Source of the DNA: a virus
Taxonomy: Duplodnaviria; Caudoviricetes
Direction: 5' to 3' (one strand)
Virus record (IMG/VR): IMGVR_UViG_3300029305_002725
Span: 1-64,000 of that record
DNA: 64,000 nt
Shown: one piece after another, positions 20,413 to 29,276 of the stretch
Position numbering within the stretch: position 1 is the first letter of the stretch
Layout: the number at the start of each line of letters is the position of its first letter
Program-made: the position numbers and the translations under genes
Notes under the pieces: generated by a model
The model's database searches: none
The model's input: only the letters and a program-made list of their open reading frames with translations
What the model was told of the DNA's origin: nothing

Positions 20413-20752
20413 ACACTCAAGAATTGCGTAAGCTCCCTTTAGCAGTCTCATGTTTAACCTGTGGAACCTGGTAAAGGATCCTGTTTCGTGGGATACCCCG
20501 AATAAAGGATCCTGTAACCAGGTGTTAAAGCAGGTTATACTGAATTTAATTCCCTTGTATATATTGGCGCTTATACCAAGTTTAAACACACTCTGCATTT
20601 ACGTAGATATTTCTTTACTTGTTTCATATAGCAGATCCAAATTGATGTATATACAGCAGAATGGCAGGATGATAACCCTGCGAGACTGCTGTATAGACAT
20701 ATAATTTGGATCTCTTTGAATTAAAATGCCTTATGCGTTTACAGTATCTATC
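20413..20752 (-). repeat. Satellite array: 2 structured ncRNA-like units of the RT-associated family
   Basis: Units start at 20413 and 20588 (175 nt apart). Same ACTC..CTTTA..TCAT [hairpin] TGAAT..CCTT scaffold as 22196-23005. Confidence 0.8.
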
Positions 20753-20762
20753 TGCATTTATG

Positions 20763-21680
20763 TTAATTGTTATAGATTTCGTCCATCTTTTCGTAGAAGT
20801 CAAAGTTATTGTCTGCAATTACTTTATTCATGAACGCAAACATTCTCCATCCTTCTCCATGATATTCATTAAGTCTATTATTAAGTACAACCATACTTTC
20901 TTCAGTTGTGTAGAAATAATAATTTACAAGCACTTTGCAATCATGGAACATAATAAGATTTTTAAGAGTGTAATAAGCACCCTCTCCCTTAAATGTATCA
21001 ATCCACACCTTACTCTTAGGAGTCTTATAAGACAGCTTGATATAATTTCTCATGAACTTTTCAAGCGCCTCATAAATTTGCTTGTAATTTCTAGCATACT
21101 TAATAGAACCAATATACATTCTCACAGGGGCATAAATTTTCTTATCAAGGTCTGCGTTAAACACATTCACACCCTTAATTCTCTTATAAGGAACACCCTT
21201 ACAATTACGATTAGGAAGTGCATCAATATGCTTCTTCAGTTTATCAAGATAATCTTCTAGCACAGCAACCACGACATTCTTATTGAAGAAGTGAACTCTT
21301 TCATTAAAGCTTTCAGTATCCCTTACTTCAAGCTTGCTAAGCACCTTAACTTCTTCAGTCATCATCTTAAGAGTGTAGTCATAACCATACATTCTCTTAA
21401 GACATTCATTATAGCCGCTACTGCTACCATCATAAGACACATAATTAAGCATATGGAACATTTGTGCCATAACAAATCTTCTGTGAAGCTTAGTATTTCT
21501 CACATATCCATCTTCAATAATTTGATTTGCAATAGGATCATTTTTTACCTGAGTGCAATTTCCGTTTTCATCTACAATAAGATGAATCTTGGTGCCATTG
21601 TCAAGGTCAACAGTAAAATATTTGCTAGTATTAATACCAGCCATGTTCAATTTTTCCATTCTTTCATTTTTGTTTGCCAT
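20763..21680 (-). CDS. Hypothetical protein, RT-locus partner 2 (~305 aa)
   Basis: Lies between the two arrays; start at MANKN chosen by the AAGGAG RBS. Confidence 0.8.
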   Translation of the reverse strand: MANKNERMEKLNMAGINTSKYFTVDLDNGTKIHLIVDENGNCTQVKNDPIANQIIEDGYVRNTKLHRRFVMAQMFHMLNYVSYDGSSSGYNECLKRMYGYDYTLKMMTEEVKVLSKLEVRDTESFNERVHFFNKNVVVAVLEDYLDKLKKHIDALPNRNCKGVPYKRIKGVNVFNADLDKKIYAPVRMYIGSIKYARNYKQIYEALEKFMRNYIKLSYKTPKSKVWIDTFKGEGAYYTLKNLIMFHDCKVLVNYYFYTTEESMVVLNNRLNEYHGEGWRMFAFMNKVIADNNFDFYEKMDEIYNN

Positions 21681-21699
21681 AATTATCATACTCCTTTTT

Positions 21700-22167
21700 T
21701 TAATAATTATTTTCAATCCAATTTCTTAGGATTACCAAATCAGAATCTCTTGTAGACTGGTAAAACCACTTCCCAAGTTCATCTTCATCCCATACAAAGA
21801 ATCCATCAACAATCATGCAAAGCAAAAATCCCTCAAGTCTCGCTCTTGCAACCTCTCTGCGCTCACCAGTTGCCATTTGCTTATCAGTAAGCTTGTCTAC
21901 TGGTAGTGCTTTGAAATATTGTCTTCGTTTATTGTCGCTTCTTTCACTTGGCAAAGAATACTTATAGTTTTCATATAATGTTTCAATAAATGCCAAAATA
22001 TCAGACATTTCCAATTCAGAAGTCGTATAAAGAATTCTATCATCATCATAGAAACCATCTGTAATTACAAACTTCTTTCCAATTTTTAAAGACTGATTTT
22101 TAAAGTTAATGTAAAACGGCTCTCCATCTGAAACTCGCTTAACAAGTTCTTCATAAATTGTAATCAT
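21700..22167 (-). CDS. Hypothetical protein, RT-locus partner 1 (155 aa)
   Basis: AAGGAGGT RBS; immediately after the 5-unit array. Confidence 0.8.
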   Translation of the reverse strand: MITIYEELVKRVSDGEPFYINFKNQSLKIGKKFVITDGFYDDDRILYTTSELEMSDILAFIETLYENYKYSLPSERSDNKRRQYFKALPVDKLTDKQMATGERREVARARLEGFLLCMIVDGFFVWDEDELGKWFYQSTRDSDLVILRNWIENNY

Positions 22168-22195
22168 ACTTACCTCCTTTACTTGCTGATATTAG

Positions 22196-23005
22196 ACACT
22201 CACAGTTATGGTATATTACTTTATTTGTTTCATATATGGCGTCGAGAGAAGCTCGAAGACGGGGCAGCGCCGGAAGATAATCCGGGCGCTTCCCCGTAGG
22301 CGAGCTTATTACTTGACGCAATATTGAATTCAACTGCCTTGTTATCTAATTGGTATACTCCATTTTTAGATTACTCATAACAATGGCATATTGCTTTATC
22401 TGTTTCATATATGCAGCCATATGCCAGAATATCCTGATCATCAATCAGGTGATAACCTGATTTAAGATCAGGAGAATCTGGTTAAGGGGCTGCAAATTGA
22501 ATTCTGTTACCCTGTAATCTATCGCTATGCTACGATTTTTAAATTACTCAACAGCACTGGTGCATTTCTTTAACTGTCTCATATATGAAGGAGGATTCCT
22601 GCAATTATGCTGGGGCCACCCAGAAGAATTCAGGAATTTCCTTCTTATTGAATCTAGCTGTCTTGTAATTTATTGTTGCACTACACAATTACTCACAACA
22701 TTGGTACATTGCTATAACTGATTCATATAAGAGGCGAATTGCCTGCATATGAGATGAGGCATGATGGCATGATAAGGCTGTTAATGCTTCATCTCATTGC
22801 CGGTCAACTCGCCTTCTATTGAACTCTGTTGTCTTGTAATCATTACTGCTGTACTGCAGTTTGTTTACTTACAATATTGGCATGTTTCTTTATAAGTTTC
22901 ATATTAGCTTCCTGATAGATGGTATCCAAGGCGCATGCCTTGTTCCCCATCTGATCATGAAGATAATTGAATTACTATTGCCTTATAAACAATTGCCATG
23001 CTACA
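22196..23005 (-). repeat. Tandem array of 5 structured ncRNA-like units, each with a unique long hairpin
   Basis: Unit starts near 22196, 22371, 22544, 22689 and 22865. Conserved TTACTC..TGG..T(T/A)TA..TCATAT [55-85 nt hairpin] ATTGAA..C(T/C)T(G/A)T.A on the + strand. Confidence 0.9.
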
Positions 23006-23011
23006 AATTAC

Positions 23012-24271
23012 TTACATACTTCTCACCAACGTTTCATAAACTGCACGATTAGTTAAAATTGCATTACGCATACAAGCTATGCTCAAGTAACCATCAATTT
23101 CTTTTTCTGTCTTACTTCTGTTTGCTGTTACATTTTTGCCTACGCCTCTAAGAATGGTATAATCTTCTTTGTCATTTACACTTCCAAGACCTCCAATCTT
23201 TTTCTTATTTGTTGCACAAGCCCTCAGCGCATCCATTACAAAATTGTTCAAAGTTTCAATGTCTTTTTCTACATTAATAATAGGAAGCACAGAAGTGGCC
23301 CAAGAATATGTTCCATCTCCTTTATAGAGGTAGTTATTCACTTGATTGAGTGCTTTTGTCATAGATATTTTGCGATGCTTAATTGTTCTTGCTTCAATTT
23401 CTTTTTGGAAACTCTTTACACGATTCTTAGACAAAGTAATTTTGTCTCCTTTAATGCTAAATCCAAGGAATTTAACCCACTTATCTTTGCAGACAGTTTC
23501 TACTTTTTTAGGGTTTAAAGTCATATCCATTTCTTTTAGCATCGCCTTTAAAATCTGAAAAGCTTCATCATAACATCTACCAATCACAAGCAGGTCATCG
23601 GAATATCTTACATAGTAAACATCCATGTCGCTTATTTCTTTATCAATGTGATATAACACAACATCGGCTAAGAAGCTTGCAACTGCACATCCTTGTTTCA
23701 ATGATTGATAATGATCAATAAGATCTCCATTGTAGTCAAAACACAAATCTGTATGATAATATTTGCGCACAATGTCAATAATTTTGGACTTTCCAACTTT
23801 TGCTTCCATTCTGTCAAAGATTTCATCAATGTACTTAATAGGAACAGTGTCAAAGTATTTAGTTAAATCTGCCTTAAATCCAACTATCTTACTATTAACC
23901 TTAACCATCTCTCTTGATACTTCCTGCACAATCTTGCCGCAGCCAACACCAGACTGATATGACTTACAGCTTTTATGAACAAATTCTGGAAACATTTCAA
24001 AGAAAAGATTATTCACAATAGACAAGAAGATACGGTCTACATTCTCATTTACATAAACAATACGCATGTCTCCATTATCTTTAGGAATCTGCGCCTGATG
24101 CGGAGGTGCAATCTCATAATTGTCACTTACAATTGCCTTATACAGTGCAACTCTAACTTCAGGAGAACAAAGCTTTCTCAATTCTCCCTTGTCAATGTGC
24201 TTATCCACACCAGTTTCAAGTGCTTGCTCCCATCGTTCCTTTTCAAAGAACTTTTGCAATAGGATATCCAT
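23012..24271 (-). CDS. Reverse transcriptase (419 aa, stand-alone, unclassified group)
   Basis: IPKDNGDMR, KADLTKYFDTV, LKQGCAVASFLA, YVRYSDD, VKFLGF; GGAGGT RBS before MDILL. Confidence 0.95.
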   Translation of the reverse strand: MDILLQKFFEKERWEQALETGVDKHIDKGELRKLCSPEVRVALYKAIVSDNYEIAPPHQAQIPKDNGDMRIVYVNENVDRIFLSIVNNLFFEMFPEFVHKSCKSYQSGVGCGKIVQEVSREMVKVNSKIVGFKADLTKYFDTVPIKYIDEIFDRMEAKVGKSKIIDIVRKYYHTDLCFDYNGDLIDHYQSLKQGCAVASFLADVVLYHIDKEISDMDVYYVRYSDDLLVIGRCYDEAFQILKAMLKEMDMTLNPKKVETVCKDKWVKFLGFSIKGDKITLSKNRVKSFQKEIEARTIKHRKISMTKALNQVNNYLYKGDGTYSWATSVLPIINVEKDIETLNNFVMDALRACATNKKKIGGLGSVNDKEDYTILRGVGKNVTANRSKTEKEIDGYLSIACMRNAILTNRAVYETLVRSM

Positions 24272-24291
24272 TCTTACACCTCCAGCCATGT

Positions 24292-24830
24292 TTATTTTTC
24301 TACAACTATGGTGATACAAATTTCTTCACAGCCATAGTCTTTTTCATCGAACTCTACACTTTTAACATGCTTCTTTAAATCTCTAACAGGAACAAAGCAT
24401 TCCTTTACAGAAGGAATACAAGTCCATTGATTTTTTGCGCTCGGGTCTTTAATGCTTACATTGTAGTCATGTTCTTTATCCATTCGAAGAACATAAAGAA
24501 ATTCATTGACAGTTTTACGTGCGCTCTTTGCAATCATGGGATGCTCATCAAACAGTGCATTCAATCTATTAAAAAACTCTGCTCTTGTCATAATGTCCCT
24601 CCGTTAATTTTGTATCGTTAAATATTTTCTAATGCGCACTCAAGACTAAGCCAGTAACATTCCCAAAACCCATCATTATTACTAAGACCACGCTCAATTC
24701 TATCGGCAATACTATTGATATCTTTTCCATCTAAGTCAATTCCCATTTCAATTGCTTTTGCTTTGATGTCCTCGATGAGCAAATACTTTTTATATCTTTT
24801 GTATGCCTCATAATCTTTAATAGGTTCCAT
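24292..24830 (-). CDS. Two hypothetical proteins upstream of the RT (24292-24591, 24618-24830)
   Basis: ORFs with RBS. Confidence 0.7.
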
Positions 24831-25042
24831 TATAAATCCTCCACATTTACATAGTCTGCAATGTCGCTTTCATCTGCTTCCCTCAAAACCTTAAATTCTG
24901 CGCCAAAATAATCATTATAATCAAGCACAACTTTCTCATTGTTGTATGCATCATTAGTAATAATTTCTGCATTCCCAGAATTATCTGCATCAACAACAAC
25001 ATGTTTTACTAATGTTTCTGTAATTTCAACAACATATTTCAT
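24830..25042 (-). CDS. DpnD/PcfM-like small protein
   Basis: MKYVVEITETLVKHVVVDA..YNNEKVVLDYND; GGAGGT RBS. Confidence 0.6.
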   Translation of the reverse strand: MKYVVEITETLVKHVVVDADNSGNAEIITNDAYNNEKVVLDYNDYFGAEFKVLREADESDIADYVNVEDL

Positions 25043-25055
25043 ACAAATACCTCCC

Positions 25056-25313
25056 TTAACAGTTATTATGCTCTTGGAAGCAATCCAAAATATCCTCATA
25101 GGTATCTTCTGAAATTGGTTCATCTGCTTGAATACGGTACAAATCATTATCCGTATTAAAGATATAATCACCACTTATGTCTGCTAAGCTACAATCACGT
25201 GCTTTGACTATATCTACAGTTCCATCATCTTTGATTTCTACAATGAAACTCATGTATGTGTCTCCATTATAGTGCTCTATTTCAAATGATATTTGTTTTG
25301 TCATATTAAGCAC
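25056..25313 (-). CDS. Hypothetical protein
   Basis: ORF in operon. Confidence 0.65.
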   Translation of the reverse strand: MLNMTKQISFEIEHYNGDTYMSFIVEIKDDGTVDIVKARDCSLADISGDYIFNTDNDLYRIQADEPISEDTYEDILDCFQEHNNC

Positions 25314-25926
25314 CTCTCTTTATAATTTCATAATTACTAGGAATATTTTTTGGAGAAACATATGCGCTTCTATCCTTGCACATCCAGAATGATCGTTTAA
25401 ATTGATATGCTGCTGGATGTTTGAAAAGGACAACTTCTTCTCCTTTGTAATTCGTATATTTAATCTCACTGCCAATAGGAAGATTGCTAAGAGAATTTGG
25501 ATTTTTCTTTTCTTTTATCACTTCATAGCAGCGATTTCTCCACTCATTTGCGTACTCATTATCTGTCGGAGTTAACAAATCTAGAATGCCTTTTGGGCAA
25601 TCAAATTGATATGGTCCACAAGTTTCATCCATATCTTTATAGCTAAAATTGTAATACTCATTTAAGTTTGTACTTGTTAAACAAACTACGGCAAATACAA
25701 TTGAATGTTCTTCTTCTGTTTCTGTTGCAAACTTAGTTTGCTTTATTGCGGCATAATAAGTGCTACCAACCATTGCAGATTTAAGCACTTCATATTTTCC
25801 TACAATCTCATCACTGTCATGTGTAACCATATCCTGATTAAATATGTTGTCACACTCTTCTTTTCTGTCGATGATTATTTTACCATTTTTATATTTAGTT
25901 TGGGCACAATAACTGGTCCAACCCAT
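25306..25926 (-). CDS. DUF6927-like protein
   Basis: MGWT..YKDMDETCGP..DCPKGILDLLTPT..ANEWR. Confidence 0.65.
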   Translation of the reverse strand: MGWTSYCAQTKYKNGKIIIDRKEECDNIFNQDMVTHDSDEIVGKYEVLKSAMVGSTYYAAIKQTKFATETEEEHSIVFAVVCLTSTNLNEYYNFSYKDMDETCGPYQFDCPKGILDLLTPTDNEYANEWRNRCYEVIKEKKNPNSLSNLPIGSEIKYTNYKGEEVVLFKHPAAYQFKRSFWMCKDRSAYVSPKNIPSNYEIIKRGA

Positions 25927-25940
25927 ATAATCATCTCCTT

Positions 25941-28831
25941 TTATATATCAAATACTAACTCCTCAACATTATCTGTTGTATCATCACCAAAGCAACCTTG
26001 CTCTGGGAAATATGTTTCACCATCAAATTTTGCAATTCCATTTTCAATCCAGCCAATGAAAGTTTTTTCTGCAATCATTCGCTGTGCATGATCACCACGG
26101 CAGTTGGCAATAAATTCATTATATTCTTCATCAGAAAGTTCAAAGCTCATACCAACTCTTGCCCACATTTTCTTCATTTACACCATCTCCCGTTAATTTT
26201 GTGTTGTTATCCTACTCTTACAAGACCACCAAATCTGCCTTGTACTACAATGCTGCCAATCTCTGAGAAATATGGAACATCATAGTTGTATATATATGCT
26301 AACACATATCCATCTTTGATATCTTCTCTATCCATTTCCCACTCATCTTCATAATCTGGAATGTATAAAAGCGCATCAAGTTTTCCGAATTCTGTATATG
26401 AACGAACTACAAAATATACAAGGGCATTATGCTCTTCTTCAAAGCCCTTTACTATTTTTTGTTGGTCTTCATCAAGCCAATAGTTTGCTCCAAGTGGCGG
26501 TTCACTACATGATACAGTGCCACCTTTAAATTGTTTTATAGTTTCAGCAAATATCCCTAATGTCTTCATCCTTTTTATAGCTTCTTGTTTCTTTTTTTCT
26601 ATTGATACATTCATAATTTATACCTCCTTTTAATGCCAATATCCAGCATCTGTAACCAAATCAGCAAATAAAATTGAGCATTCATTGTAGTGTCCATCAT
26701 TTTCAGCTATATGTTTAAAATCGGCATCACATGGTTTATTACCTATAAGTAGCGACCAGTCGGCGCACATATCTTCATTGTTTATGTTTAAAATTATATG
26801 ATGCATTTGTTTTAGTTGATCAAATCTGTTTCCTTTTATGTCTATGTCCATATATCATCACTCCTTTTCTAGATAAAATCTGAAATTTTCATCCCTGGCG
26901 CATCCCAAGGATTGCTTGGACCATAGTCTCCATTTTCGCTTGATGGAACATATTCGTCTTGTTCCTCGTAACATTCTTCAAGGTCTTCTACATCCAAGCA
27001 TATAACACTTTCATCTTGCTCAATATGGAACCAACAGTAATCATCACCAGTGACTACTATTTGTGTATCATCAGAATAATTTTCAAGCAGCTTTTTTAGC
27101 TCACCCACTGTACTAAATTGTTTGCGTTTTAATATGTCATACATTAAATCATCCATCCTTTCTTAATCAAATTATATTATAAATTTGTGATTATGTCCAT
27201 TAATTTTGTGCTGTTATTCTTTCCAGTCCTCAAACATATCTCCATACCGTTCAACTATTCTGTCATATACTTCTTGAAATGTTTGGTATTTTTTAAGATT
27301 TGCATAATAGCCAATTTCATTTTGCATCCCTATGATAGTTGCAAGAATTAAGTCCCTTGCGTGTTTTGCATCGGGCATTTAAGTCACCTCAATTACATAT
27401 ATTTCTTTCTAGGTCCACCCCAACTCTGATCAGGGTCAGTACGAGAAGGAATGTTCTTATCTTTCTCTTCATCACCTAATCTATCAAAGCAGTATTTGTG
27501 ATATGCAGATACGCCAGACCTTGCAAGAGACCAATTTGGCTTAGGTAATGCATCCCATTCTACAAATGCTTCTTCACGTGTAATATCATGAGGGAACTCT
27601 TCAACAATTTCACCAGCTTTTAGTTTTGCAATGATTTCTCTCATTTTTGCATGCCACTCATCATGCTTTTCCATTTGATACCAAAAGAAATCAATCAGCT
27701 TTCCATTATGAACTCTACTGGTTTCTACTTTATAACTTGAATCTTCATAGTCAAAACAAAGTTTTCCTCCAGTGCCTACATCAAATGTTTCATCTTCATC
27801 AACACCGCCATACTCATCGTAATGACCAATTGTCTGACCAATCACTTCTCCGTGTAACACATTTCTCAGAACACACAGTTCACCTGCACGAACATTTTTG
27901 CCACACTTGGGGCACATATAACCAAAGCTTCCCATTTATGTTACCTCCGCAATTCAAACTTAAAAGCACATCGATCTGCCCAAGCATCTTCCTTGGTGAG
28001 AACACGAATTCTATATGTGTCATCATCATCGTGATCATAATGACGAACTGTTACCTGTGTAAAGTCAAGTTCAGATTCAAGTAAACAATCTAAAAACTCT
28101 GCGCTCTGTGTTGTAACAATGATGGTGCCATCTTCGTTTGATATATACTCTTTAAATCTACTGATTATGTCGGGATATTCTTCAAAATAATCTTCTTCGC
28201 TTGGCAAGGTATAAAGTTTTGCTTTCAAATGTTTTGCTATTTTTCTTACATGACTGGGTCGTCCAGTAAGAACAATTGTTTTGTTTAAATCTAGTTTTTC
28301 TAGGTTGACAATTTTCATAAGTACCTCCCAATAAAATCACTCTTTTATGTGGTCAATCTTTTGCTTTTACAGATACCGTAATATCAAAATCTTTCAAATT
28401 TTCAAATTCAAAATCATGTGCCAATCCAGATACCTCACTAATCCAGATGTCACCACCACTACACTCTTTCCACTCAAGAAATTGCTTATATTTCCTACTG
28501 TTAGCAACAACCTCTTCTTTGCTTCTAGCAATGTAAAAGAAATGAGGCAAATCACCGCTGTGCCAACCCCCATCGTTGTATGTAACTCTAAAAATCTTAT
28601 ACATAACTTTCACCTCATAAAATCGTCATTTTATTTATTCTGTGACTTCCTAGTAATTACAACATTGAGCAACAATTCATCAATGAACATCGAAGCAACA
28701 TAGTATACATCTTCAATTTCCATTCCATTTTCAATTGCTCTCATAATAATCGGACTTACCTTTTCTCTTAATTCGTCATCTAACGCTATTGCACTATTAG
28801 TCCAGTTATAATTTTTATCCCTAACAGCCAT
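25941..28831 (-). CDS. Run of hypothetical ORFs (25941-26177, 26207-26614, 26630-26851, 26869-27156, 27393-27935, 27941-28318, 28353-28613, 28631-28831)
   Basis: Head-to-tail ORFs with RBS. Confidence 0.7.
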
Positions 28832-28946
28832 ATCTATACCTCATAAAATTATCTTTTAATAACATTCAAGGTCACTATCATCATTAAACATGGTATTAAA
28901 AGCAATTACGAAAACAATTGTAAGAAAAATTAAATATGCCAACATT

Positions 28947-29276
28947 TTATTGTACCTCCGTCCATCCATTCCGCCGAATAATTGCTCTCATGTTTTCTCT
29001 TCCTACAGGATTCATACTGTGGATACGAATAGGATAGTTGCGTCCAGTTTCTTCGAGCCAATCGAGAAGCTTGATATAGTCGCCTCCGTCACATGCAAAG
29101 TCGCCTGCATCATGGTCAATGTCAATGAGTTCAATTTGATAGCGAACTTTTCCACCGCTTGCCTTAAGCATTGTTTCATGATCACGAATAATTACTTTCG
29201 CTTCATAAACGCTTCTTGCCCATCTGTATCCAGCTGGGGCTGGGCGCATATCATCAATCCAGAGTTTCATTTGCAC
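28947..29276 (-). CDS. Cyclic-phosphate-processing receiver-domain-like protein
   Basis: KLWIDDMRPAP..IDIDHDAG..IHSMNPVGRENM. Confidence 0.75.
   Translation of the reverse strand: MQMKLWIDDMRPAPAGYRWARSVYEAKVIIRDHETMLKASGGKVRYQIELIDIDHDAGDFACDGGDYIKLLDWLEETGRNYPIRIHSMNPVGRENMRAIIRRNGWTEVQ

Noticed and set aside
22196-23005. CRISPR array
   Set aside because: Repeats are long and degenerate, inserts are 55-85 nt self-complementary hairpins, and no cas genes are present.
22151-23052. Short ORFs 22151-22333, 22527-22721, 22861-23052 (and 20407-20818)
   Set aside because: They lie across the structured repeat units, lack a clear RBS and are not conserved between units.
20413-24271. Diversity-generating retroelement
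   Set aside because: No near-identical TR/VR pair differing only at adenines was seen. The RT has QGCAVAS rather than the DGR-type GxxxSQ motif, and no Avd-like or target gene is recognisable.
22900-24600. Group II intron around the RT
   Set aside because: No domain V/VI after the stop codon and no long upstream intron RNA; the RT sits in an operon with its own RBS.
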